64,000 nt of DNA. Origin: Rhodospirillales bacterium (GTDB lineage Bacteria; Pseudomonadota; Alphaproteobacteria; Acetobacterales; Acetobacteraceae). The position numbers and the translations under genes are program-made. The notes under the pieces were generated by a model that saw only the letters and a program-made list of their open reading frames with translations, had not been told where the DNA came from and made no database searches. This document shows, in pieces, positions 8,981 through 17,407 of the stretch. Position 1 is the first letter of the stretch. Every line of letters starts with the position of its first letter. The stretch spans positions 7,027-71,026 of the forward strand of contig JANXSM010000054.1 of assembly GCA_025352665.1 (NCBI GenBank), read 5' to 3'.

Positions 8981-10968
8981 GCCGGCAGGGCGACCCTGTG
9001 ACCAGCCGCGGGGGCAGGCACCTGCTCCATGCCGAGGGTGTCGCTGAACGGGCGACCGTGACCCGCGCGGATGTCGCGCCACGCCGGCGCCCGGCGAAAC
9101 CCAGGCTGGCGCAGCGGCAGGGCCAGCAACTGGTCGCCCTCCGCCAGAATCAGACCGCGCCCGTCAAGCCAGGCCGCGGCTTCGCGCAGCGCTGGCTCGG
9201 CATAACGCGCGCTCGCGCCGGGATCGCTGGGGCGTTCACCTAGCTCGGCCAGCACATGGCGCCACGATACGGGCTGCCACGCCAGCGCGAGCAAGGCCGC
9301 GCAGGGGTTTCCGGCGGCGAGGTGAAGCACTTCGGCAGGCCAACCCCAGCGCTCGTCATGCACGACCAGCCCGTCAGCTTCCTGCTCAACCCACAGCGCA
9401 CTCTCGTCGTGATGGGCAGACCAGTTGGCACATTCCCCCGCGGCCTCGGCGGTATAGGCGTCGAGCTGGTCGAGTTCGGTGGAGTGCATGGTGAAATGAT
9501 AACCCAGCCGAGCGATCGCCGCAGCATCCCATGGATAGATGTGGCGATAGGCGGCCAGTGGCGTGAGCGTCACGCCGAAGCGCTCGGGTTCGTGGTAGTA
9601 CGGGCTGAACCGATCCGCGCGGGCACGCTGGAAGGTCGCCGGCGGCTGCAGATGGCGCAGGCGGGGGATCACCGCAGCCGTCGCCGCGTAGTTGGCCGCG
9701 GTCTCGCCGGGAAAGCCGGACAGCGCCAGCCATTCCACATAAACACCCGCCTCGGCGGCAAGCTTCAGGGCGGCCACGTTCTGCAGCCCCGTCACCCCCT
9801 TGCGCATCAGCTTCAACAGCCCGGTATCCAGCGCCTCGATCCCCGCCTGCACCTTGCGAATCCCCGCGCGCGACAGCGCGGACCAGTGCCAGGGTCGCAA
9901 ATTGGACTTGGTTTCGTAGAATACCAACAGATCGAGCCGGCTTGCCTCCAGCCGCGGAATGAAATCGTCGAAATAGCGCATCTCGAGGATGTTGTCGGCG
10001 TTGGCCACGTCGCGCGTGCCGTGGCGGCGTACCAGATAGGCCAACTCGTCGAAGGCACGCTTCTGGCTTTTGGCGCGATACGCCATGGTGACGCCATTCA
10101 GCCCGCAGAAGGTGCAGTGGTGCTTGGCCCCCCACCAGCATCCGCGCGAGGTCTCGAACACCACGGCGGGTGGATGCCGCAGGCCAAGGCCGAGCGCTGC
10201 GTGCTGATCAAAGAAGGCATCGAAATCCGGCACCGGCAGGCTGTCCATGTCCTGCACCGCGTCGGTCGAGGCGACCGGCACGATGGTCTCGAATGCCTCG
10301 CGCACGACCATGCCGGGAATGCCCAAAAGCGAGGCGCCGGAGATCAGCCGCCGCACCAGCTCGGGAAACGCGCGATCGCCCTCGCCCTGGCACACCGCGT
10401 CCAGAAACGGATACTTGCGGTGCAACTCAGCACCCATTTCGTCCTGGCAGTTGGCCCCACCCATCACGATGAACATGTCCGGATGGTCCTGGCGGATCCG
10501 CCGCGCCAGGGCGAGCGAGGCCATGGTCTGCTGAAACGAGGTGGTGAAACCGACCAGGCGGTAGCGGCTCCAGTCCACGCTCCGGTAACAGCGCTCTATA
10601 AAAGCTGCAGCCCCAGCGCGCACCGCCAGGAACGCCATCAGCCGGTGCGGATCGTGGAACTCGGGAAAATCGGCTGCGAACACCTCGGTCAGAAACGCCA
10701 TGCCCAGCGCCTCGGGCGCTTCATGCGCCACACCCGCAAAAGCCCATTCGCCGACCTGGGCCTTGTAATAGCGCACGTCCGTCAGCGCCGCGTTGGCGTC
10801 GTCACCGATCTCGGCCACGTGGTCGAGCGAGAAATAGCGCACTTCGCACGCAAGCCCCGCCGCCTCAACCGCAGGTTTCAGCAGCCCGAGCGCAAGATTT
10901 GGGTAGTACGCCAGTGAGAACGGCATCGAGACAAGCAGCGCGCCCGGCCCGACTGCCGCCCCGCTCAC
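8977..10968 (-). CDS. B12-binding-domain radical SAM enzyme, RiPP-maturation type (TIGR03975-like, from memory)
   Basis: N-terminal cobalamin-binding-like region '..FIVMGGANCQDEMG..CQGEGDRAFPELV'. Cluster motif 'ETSRGCWWGAKHHCTFCGLNG'. GTG at 10968 (or ATG at 10926) chosen so that the gene does not overlap the upstream peptide gene. Confidence 0.8.
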   Translation of the reverse strand: MSGAAVGPGALLVSMPFSLAYYPNLALGLLKPAVEAAGLACEVRYFSLDHVAEIGDDANAALTDVRYYKAQVGEWAFAGVAHEAPEALGMAFLTEVFAADFPEFHDPHRLMAFLAVRAGAAAFIERCYRSVDWSRYRLVGFTTSFQQTMASLALARRIRQDHPDMFIVMGGANCQDEMGAELHRKYPFLDAVCQGEGDRAFPELVRRLISGASLLGIPGMVVREAFETIVPVASTDAVQDMDSLPVPDFDAFFDQHAALGLGLRHPPAVVFETSRGCWWGAKHHCTFCGLNGVTMAYRAKSQKRAFDELAYLVRRHGTRDVANADNILEMRYFDDFIPRLEASRLDLLVFYETKSNLRPWHWSALSRAGIRKVQAGIEALDTGLLKLMRKGVTGLQNVAALKLAAEAGVYVEWLALSGFPGETAANYAATAAVIPRLRHLQPPATFQRARADRFSPYYHEPERFGVTLTPLAAYRHIYPWDAAAIARLGYHFTMHSTELDQLDAYTAEAAGECANWSAHHDESALWVEQEADGLVVHDERWGWPAEVLHLAAGNPCAALLALAWQPVSWRHVLAELGERPSDPGASARYAEPALREAAAWLDGRGLILAEGDQLLALPLRQPGFRRAPAWRDIRAGHGRPFSDTLGMEQVPAPAAGHRVALPA

Positions 10969-10999
10969 GCCGCTGCGGCCGGTCGGGCTGAGGCCTGGC

Positions 11000-11287
11000 T
11001 CAGCACTCCGCCATGCCAAGCGAAGGATCTGGATGCGCCGGCTTGAAGGCGGTCGCAGCGGCCTCGAAGTCGGCACCCTTGAGCGAGGTGAAGAACGCCA
11101 CCACCTCGTCGTGCGGCACGTAGTTCAGCTTCGCCAGCGTTGCGGCGACATCTTCGAACATCAACTTGCGCAGCTCAGGGTTCTTGATCAGCAGCGTCAG
11201 GATCGGCCCCATGTCCTTGAGGTTGATCTCCTGCGGCTTGCCGATCGGCGTACCGGGATAGGCGGGGTTGAAATGCGTATCAGACAT
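11000..11287 (-). CDS. putative RiPP precursor / NHLP-clan-like small protein (95 aa)
   Basis: ATG at 11287 is preceded by the strong SD AAGGGAGA. High GC3. The helical leader-like segment 'LLIKNPELRKLMFEDVAATLAKLNYVPHDEVVAFF' resembles nitrile-hydratase-like leader peptides. C-terminus is '..HPDPSLGMAEC'. Lies 31 nt upstream of the radical SAM gene. Confidence 0.55.
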   Translation of the reverse strand: MSDTHFNPAYPGTPIGKPQEINLKDMGPILTLLIKNPELRKLMFEDVAATLAKLNYVPHDEVVAFFTSLKGADFEAAATAFKPAHPDPSLGMAEC

Positions 11288-11410
11288 CGGGGTCTCCCTT
11301 TCTGTAGACAGGCCGGCGCATCGAGGCCCGACAAGACGTTTTGATCCGACACCAACGCTAGGCGGTTCGCGGCATCAGGTAAAACCCACAGGTGGTACAC
11401 AGAATTGTGT

Positions 11411-14400
11411 TCACGATATTGAAGCGCTGTCCAGCCGTACCCGCAATATCGCCAGCGCGGCTTGCTCCGGCGCCAGACCGAGCTCCCGCGCCAGCAGGTC
11501 GCAGGCACGCGCAAAATCGTGGGCCTGGCTGTGGCGCAAGCCGGTCGCGTGGGCTTCCGCCAGCAGGCGCAGCGCCAGCACCTCGGCCGGTCGATAGCCA
11601 TGATGGCGGGCCAATGACAGGCTCTCCTCCAGCTGTGCCAGCGCCATGTCCTCGGCCCCCGCAACCAGTTGGGCATGGCCCAGCGCCAGGCCGCACCAAA
11701 CGATGAGCAGCACCATGTTGGGGCCCCGCGCGGTTTCCATCGCCTCGTCGAGCAGCGCCAGCGCCTCCTGCGCACGGCCCACCAACGCATAGGCGCGGCC
11801 GAGATAACGCGCGACGGACGGCACCAGCAGACCGATCCCTCCGGCCCGACATGAGGCGAGTGCGGCCTCCAGCTGGTCCACCGCAGCGCCGCCGTCGCCA
11901 CGCTGCAGCTCGGCAAACCCCGAAGCCAGCCGCGCATAGGTGACGTCGTACGGCTTGATGGTTTCGTTGGCGATCGCCTGCGCCTCGGCCGCGAGTGCGA
12001 AGGCCGGCTCGAACGCCCCCGTCATCGCGTAGGTCTTGGACAGGCAGGACAGCAGCAGCACCGAGGCGGTACCGGTCGTGCCGGTGTTGTGTAGCCGCAT
12101 CGGGCCGCGCACCAGCGTCAGGCATTCCTCCATCGTCGCGGCCGCATCGGCGAAGTCGCCGCGCATCCAATGGGTCTGCCCCAGCGCATAGGCGGCACTC
12201 ACCTGCGCTGCCGGGTCGCCCAGCGTGCGCGCCGCGCGCTGCGCCCGCCTTCCAGCGTCCACCGCCCGATCGAGGCTGCCCTGGATGGACAGAAAGATGC
12301 AGCGGCTGATGTCGATCTGCGCCAGCCGCGCGAAATCGCCGAGCTGCTCGGCCATCTCGCTCGCCTCGTCGACGATCTGCAGCACGCGCGGGATCTGCGA
12401 GGTGGGGCCAAGCGCCACCCGCAGCCCGAGCCGGATGTCGATGCCCACGGCAATCGTCTTGCGCGTCTCGGGCACCTGGGCCAGAGCGTGCAACGCGCCA
12501 TCGAAGAAGCGGATCGCCTCCACCCAGGCGGAACGCGCATTGGCGCGATGGCCGGCGCGCTCCAGCAAGGCGGCCGCCCGGTCCCACACCTCGCCACGCT
12601 GGGCATGCTCGGCCAGCACCTCGGTCAGTTCGTCGGCGCGGTCAGCGGCCAGGTTCTCCATCACCGAAAGCACCCGCGCATGCAGCTCGCGCCGCTGCCG
12701 GCGCAACATGCCTTCGTAGGCGACAGTCTGCGTCAACGCATGCTTGAACGTGTAATCGGTGCCCGCCAGCCGGCTGATCTCATAAATGAACTCGGCGGCC
12801 TGCAGCGCCACCAGGTTGGTGGTCAGCAGCGCCTCCGTCAGGTCGGCCACACTGGCCAGGATGTCGCGCGGAATGTCGCGCCCGATCACGGCCGCCACCT
12901 GCAGCAGCCGGCGCGGCTCGCTGGTCAGCTGGTCGATACGATTGGCCAGGATGGCCTGCACGTTGGGCGGGATCTGCACCTCGGTCAGGTCGCGCGTCAG
13001 CCGCAGCCGCAGCCGCGGCATGGCCAGGGTGGGCTGCTCCACCACCACCACGCCCTGCTCGATCAGCGCCCGCGACAGCTCCTCGATGAACAGCGGCGTG
13101 CCGTCGGCCTGCGCCACGATGCGCGCGCGCAGCGCCGCCAGCTCCGGACCGCTGCCGAGCAGCTCCGTCAGCAGCGCCTCGGCAGCCGCCGGCGCCAACG
13201 GGCCAAGATGCATGGCCAGGCAATAGCTGCGATTGCCGCGGCTGGCCCAGGCCGGCCGCCGCTCCGGCCGCGTGGTCACCACGAGCAACACCCGGGCCCC
13301 GCCCAGCGCCTCCACCAGCGCTTCCAGCAGCAGTTCGCTCTGCGGGTCGGCCCAGTGCAGGTCCTCCACCACCAGCAGCATCGGGCGCACCGCACTGGCG
13401 CGCAGCATCACCAGCCGCAGCGCCGGCAGCATGCGCTCGCGCCGCACGTCGGCCGACAGGTTGGACCAGGCGGGATCGATCACCGGCAGATCCAGCAGGC
13501 TCTGCAGCGGCGCCGCCTCGGCCGGGTCCGAAAGCCCCAGCAGCAGCAGCGCCTGGCCCAGCTTGCGGGCCACGTCCGCGCGCCCGTCGCGCCGTTCCAC
13601 CCCAAGCCAAGCGCGCAGGATATCGGCAGCCAGTCGATACGGCGTGCCCTCGCCATGGCTGATCGCCGCCGCCCGGATCACGCTCCAGGCACCAGTGTTG
13701 GGCCGCATCAGGAACTCGTGCACCAGACGTGACTTGCCCACGCCGGCATCGGCGGTCAGCGTCACCACCTGGCCGCGGCCGAGCCCGACCCGCCCCAGCG
13801 TCGTCTCCAGCAGCCGCAGCTCCGAATCCCGGCCGACGAAGCCGGTCATCGCCTGACGCTGCGAACGCACGTCCCACGCCGGCCGCTCATACGCCGAAAT
13901 CAGCCGGAACACATCGACGGGCCCCGCGATCCCCGCCACCACCTGCGGGCCGAGATCCTCCAGATCCACCGTGCCATGCGCCAAAAGTGCTGTGCGCCCA
14001 GTCAGCCGCACCGTGCCGGGTACCGCACTGGTCTCCATCCGGTGCGCCAGATGCACGGTCACCCCCACCGCGTCATAGTCTGACGGATCCTGGCCCACCG
14101 AGCGGATCACCACATCGCCGGAATTCAGACCCACCCGCACCTCGAGCTCGGCATGCGGAGCTGCCACCCCCACCAGACGCGTCTCGGCGGCAACGGCTGC
14201 CACGATCGCCTGCGCCGCGAGACAGGCCCGGACCGCATGGTCCTCGGTCGCCACCGGGGCGCCGAACAGCGCCATGATGCCGTCGCCCTGCACCCGGTTG
14301 ACGGTGCCGCCGAACTTCTGCACCGCCAGCGCCATCGCATGCACCGCAGGATCGAGCAGGTTCATCGCCTGCTCGGGATCCAGCGCCTCGATCAGCGAGG

Positions 14401-14668
14401 TGGAGCCGCGGATATCGGCGAACAGCACCGTCACCACCTTGCGCTCGCCCTCGTCGATAAGGCGGAACATCGCGGCACTGGCGGCGGGCGGCGGCGGCAC
14501 CAGCTCGGGCGAAGCGGCGGAAAGGCCGGCGCCGCACTGGCTGCAGAACCGCGCCCCCGCCCTGGCCACAGCGCCACACCCGGCGCATGCCAGGGGGAAG
14601 GCTGTCCCACAGTGATCGCAGAAACGGCTCAGGTCGGGATTGTCCGCCTGGCAATGACGACACTGCAT
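11411..14668 (-). CDS. double zinc-ribbon / class III adenylate-guanylate cyclase / P-loop STAND ATPase / TPR multidomain protein
   Basis: 'CRHCQ..FCDHCG..CAGCG..FCSQCG'. Cyclase motifs 'VVTVLFADIRGST' and 'VQGDGIMALFGAP'. Walker A 'ADAGVGKS'. Long helical-repeat C-terminus. ATG at 14668 within track ORF 11411..14770. Confidence 0.85.
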   Translation of the reverse strand: MQCRHCQADNPDLSRFCDHCGTAFPLACAGCGAVARAGARFCSQCGAGLSAASPELVPPPPAASAAMFRLIDEGERKVVTVLFADIRGSTSLIEALDPEQAMNLLDPAVHAMALAVQKFGGTVNRVQGDGIMALFGAPVATEDHAVRACLAAQAIVAAVAAETRLVGVAAPHAELEVRVGLNSGDVVIRSVGQDPSDYDAVGVTVHLAHRMETSAVPGTVRLTGRTALLAHGTVDLEDLGPQVVAGIAGPVDVFRLISAYERPAWDVRSQRQAMTGFVGRDSELRLLETTLGRVGLGRGQVVTLTADAGVGKSRLVHEFLMRPNTGAWSVIRAAAISHGEGTPYRLAADILRAWLGVERRDGRADVARKLGQALLLLGLSDPAEAAPLQSLLDLPVIDPAWSNLSADVRRERMLPALRLVMLRASAVRPMLLVVEDLHWADPQSELLLEALVEALGGARVLLVVTTRPERRPAWASRGNRSYCLAMHLGPLAPAAAEALLTELLGSGPELAALRARIVAQADGTPLFIEELSRALIEQGVVVVEQPTLAMPRLRLRLTRDLTEVQIPPNVQAILANRIDQLTSEPRRLLQVAAVIGRDIPRDILASVADLTEALLTTNLVALQAAEFIYEISRLAGTDYTFKHALTQTVAYEGMLRRQRRELHARVLSVMENLAADRADELTEVLAEHAQRGEVWDRAAALLERAGHRANARSAWVEAIRFFDGALHALAQVPETRKTIAVGIDIRLGLRVALGPTSQIPRVLQIVDEASEMAEQLGDFARLAQIDISRCIFLSIQGSLDRAVDAGRRAQRAARTLGDPAAQVSAAYALGQTHWMRGDFADAAATMEECLTLVRGPMRLHNTGTTGTASVLLLSCLSKTYAMTGAFEPAFALAAEAQAIANETIKPYDVTYARLASGFAELQRGDGGAAVDQLEAALASCRAGGIGLLVPSVARYLGRAYALVGRAQEALALLDEAMETARGPNMVLLIVWCGLALGHAQLVAGAEDMALAQLEESLSLARHHGYRPAEVLALRLLAEAHATGLRHSQAHDFARACDLLARELGLAPEQAALAILRVRLDSASIS

Positions 14669-14760
14669 CACGGCTCCCCGAAACGATAATCTATGTTCAC
14701 TCTGCACAGACGATAGCCCAACCACACGGCCCCCCGCCACCTCCCGCGAGAACAACCGCC

Positions 14761-16419
14761 ATGCGCACATCGCGTCAGTCCAACCCGGACGCCTGGGGCA
14801 TCGATTGGCACCAGGCTGAAACCCTGTCCGCGTTCCAGGACCGTGTGCCGAACCTCGAACCGGCCGAGCGGCTGCTGATCCTGGACACGGCCGCCCAGGT
14901 GCTGGCCGATCACTATGCCCACCTGCCGCACAAGTCCCGCAGCCAGGGCACCGATCCCGTCGCCCGGCTGCAGGCCCTGCGCACCCAGGAAGCCGATGCC
15001 GACGCCAACCCCATGGGCGTGCCCCTCGGGACGCCCGATTTCCACGAGGCGGTGTGCCAGATCTTCGCCGAGCTGCACGATCTGCACACGCTGTACATCC
15101 TGCCGGATCCCTACGCCGGCATGGTCGCCTTCCTGCCGTTCCAGTTGGGATTGGCCACGGGCGAAGGTGACCCGACCCTCATCGTCACCCATGTGCTCCC
15201 AGGCTTCCACCACACCGGCTTCATCCCGGGGGCCACAGTGCTGAGCTGGAGCGGCATCAAGGTCGAGCGCACCATCCGTCGCCTCGCCTTGAGTTCTGGC
15301 GGCGCCAACAGAGCCGCGGCCAGCGCCCGCGCCCTGGCCTTACTCACCCAGCGCCCCATGCTGCGCATGCCGCCGCCGGACGCCGAATGGGTGGAACTGG
15401 AATACCTCTCGCCCGCCACCACCAAGCCCGCCCGGCTGCGCGTCGCCTGGCGCGTGGCGCCGCTGCCCCCGCCAGACCAGGCCGCACCGCCGCACGCCAG
15501 CGCCATCGATCCGGAAGGGGCGGCCCTGCAGCAGCATCGCAAGCAGAGCTACGCGCCCCATGTCCTGCGCGCCGAACGCGCCGGCGCCGTGCCGCAGCAC
15601 CCGGCGCCCGCCGCCACGCATCCATTTCACCACGAGATCGCGACCAGCTTTCCCAACGTGCGCGCGTGGATCGGCGAGGTCGACGCAAAACGCTTCGGCG
15701 TGCTGCGCCTGCGTAACTTCGTGGTCGACCAGGATCTGTTCATCGACGAAATGGGCCGCCTGCTCTCCCTCATGCCGCCAGACGGGCTGGTGATCGATCT
15801 GCGCGACAATCCCGGCGGCCTCGTTCCCGCGGCGGAGCGCCTGCTGGCGCTGCTGACCGACACGGTGCGCCCGGTGAAGGTCGCCTTCCTGGCAACCCAG
15901 GCCAATCTGGAGCTGTGCCAGCACCACGCGGCGGTCCACGCGGACAGCGAACTGATCCCCTGGATCGTCCCGCTGCAGGACGCGATCGCGAACCGGCGGC
16001 CCTGGTCCGAAGCCACCGAAATGACCCCGCCAGGCGACTGCGCCGGCCCACGGGTCTACACCGGCCCCGTCGTGCTGATCACCAGCGGCCGCACCTATTC
16101 CGCCGCCGACATCTTCACCGCCGGGTTTCGCGACCAGAACATCGGCCGGATCCTGGGCGTGGACGCCAACACAGGCGCCGGCGGCGCCAACATGTGGACG
16201 CACGCCAAGATCAACGAGATTGCCGGCACCGGTATCGCCCTGCCGCACAACGCCGAACTCCGCGTGGCCATCCGCCGCGTGCTGCGGAACAACGGACAGG
16301 TTCTGGAAGAGGCCGGCGTCCCGCCCGACCAGGTCCACGCGCTCACCCGCGCCGATCTGTTGGAAGGCGACTGCGACCTGCTTCGCACGGCCGCGGGACT
16401 GCTGCATCCTGGCCCGTAA
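14761..16419 (+). CDS. S41-family (C-terminal processing/tail-specific type) peptidase-like protein, no evident signal peptide
   Basis: 'LVIDLRDNPGG' and 'ITSGRTYSAADIFTAGF' (nucleophile Ser505 of the track ORF). ATG at 14761 within track ORF 14587..16419. Divergent from the cyclase gene. Confidence 0.75.
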   Translation: MRTSRQSNPDAWGIDWHQAETLSAFQDRVPNLEPAERLLILDTAAQVLADHYAHLPHKSRSQGTDPVARLQALRTQEADADANPMGVPLGTPDFHEAVCQIFAELHDLHTLYILPDPYAGMVAFLPFQLGLATGEGDPTLIVTHVLPGFHHTGFIPGATVLSWSGIKVERTIRRLALSSGGANRAAASARALALLTQRPMLRMPPPDAEWVELEYLSPATTKPARLRVAWRVAPLPPPDQAAPPHASAIDPEGAALQQHRKQSYAPHVLRAERAGAVPQHPAPAATHPFHHEIATSFPNVRAWIGEVDAKRFGVLRLRNFVVDQDLFIDEMGRLLSLMPPDGLVIDLRDNPGGLVPAAERLLALLTDTVRPVKVAFLATQANLELCQHHAAVHADSELIPWIVPLQDAIANRRPWSEATEMTPPGDCAGPRVYTGPVVLITSGRTYSAADIFTAGFRDQNIGRILGVDANTGAGGANMWTHAKINEIAGTGIALPHNAELRVAIRRVLRNNGQVLEEAGVPPDQVHALTRADLLEGDCDLLRTAAGLLHPGP

Positions 16420-16492
16420 CCCCCCAGAAACCGCTCCGGATGGATAATTCAATACGTTACCGTAACGATATGGGCGTGCGAAAACTGGCTTC

Positions 16493-17152
16493 TCAAGCCG
16501 GTTCAAAAAATCCGAAGTCCCCATGATCCTCCGCCCGTGTCCCAACCGAAGGGTGCGCGTTCGGCGCCACCGCCAGCCCGGGAAACCCAATGGGCGCAGA
16601 GCCCGGCTCGCGCGCGCCATCAGCATCGCCATGATCCACCGCGACTACTTCCACCACGGTTTCCGCGACCACCGCCAGAACCAAGACCGGAGCCACGACC
16701 GGCGCCAACAATTCCGGTTCAAGAGCCAGCGCCCGGCACAGCGGCCGCAGCAGCCTGGCCAACCGCGGCGACGCCCCGATCAGCGCCACCATCTCCGGAT
16801 CCTGCAGCACCACCCTCATCTGGCTGGCATAATTCGCCGCCTCATACGGCACCGCCACAAGCAGCCAGGCAAACCCGCGCGGCAATCGCGCGGCCCCCGG
16901 CGCCTCCACCCTGGGCCCCCGCGCCACACCCGGCCGACCCCCGCGGCCATGTCCCACCCGAACCCGACCCGCCCGGATCGCCGTCACCAGCGCCAGCACC
17001 TCGCGCTCGAACCGCCGCAGTCGCGCGCAGACCAGCGCGATCACCAGCACCGGCAGCCGCCGCCCCGCAAACCGCGCCGCCACCGCCCGATACAGCGCAT
17101 CGAGCACGAACGAGAAGCGCTCCGTTGCGGAAAGGGTGAGGAACAGGTTCAT
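16493..17152 (-). CDS. hypothetical protein (Ala/Arg-rich, function unknown)
   Basis: Track ORF 16493..17158 starts at TTG; the first ATG is at 17152. GC3 bias is consistent with coding. No recognisable motif. Confidence 0.5.
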   Translation of the reverse strand: MNLFLTLSATERFSFVLDALYRAVAARFAGRRLPVLVIALVCARLRRFEREVLALVTAIRAGRVRVGHGRGGRPGVARGPRVEAPGAARLPRGFAWLLVAVPYEAANYASQMRVVLQDPEMVALIGASPRLARLLRPLCRALALEPELLAPVVAPVLVLAVVAETVVEVVAVDHGDADGAREPGSAPIGFPGLAVAPNAHPSVGTRAEDHGDFGFFEPA

Positions 17153-17317
17153 ATACAAAACATGAACTCAGCCGCCGTCTGGCGCAATACGTACGATCCC
17201 TTACTGGCCAGGACGCTCTTCGAATACCGCACGGCCACCACGAGATCGTCACGCCACTGACGGGGTCATAGAGATCCTCCCAGTCAACCAACCGTGCGAA
17301 CCCCGTCAGATAATATC

Positions 17318-17358
17318 AGCCCGCCTTGATGCTGACTCTTCCAGCATCAAGGCGGGCT
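17318..17358. terminator. perfect 17-bp stem / 7-nt loop hairpin
   Basis: AGCCCGCCTTGATGCTG-ACTCTTC-CAGCATCAAGGCGGGCT. On the minus strand it is followed by the A/T-rich TGATATTATC. Confidence 0.4.
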
Positions 17359-17407
17359 GGTATCGCGCGCCAGGCTGGCCGGCGGCAGCGCGCAAAATAT
17401 GACTCGT

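Noticed and set aside
10969-11076. N-terminal extension of the radical SAM ORF (track start 11076) overlapping the peptide gene
   Set aside because: The extension is Arg/Ser/Pro-rich and non-conserved-looking, and it would overlap the upstream CDS by 77 nt. The conserved 'LLVSMPFSLAYYP' core begins just after the GTG at 10968.
11280-11321. 13-codon upstream ORF (MRRPVYRKGDPDV) overlapping the SD and start of the 95-aa peptide gene
   Set aside because: It has no SD of its own and is very short. Such ORFs arise by chance, so I do not report it as a feature.
11397-11414. CRP-like imperfect inverted repeat ACACAGAATTGTGTTCAC upstream of the peptide gene
   Set aside because: Only about 14 of 20 positions are self-complementary, it is a poor match to TGTGA-N6-TCACA, and it overlaps the cyclase stop codon. 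It is too weak to call without a motif model.
16455-16467. 13-bp palindrome CGTTAC-C-GTAACG as an operator
   Set aside because: It lies between two convergent gene ends where no promoter is expected. It is short enough to be a chance occurrence or part of a weak terminator.
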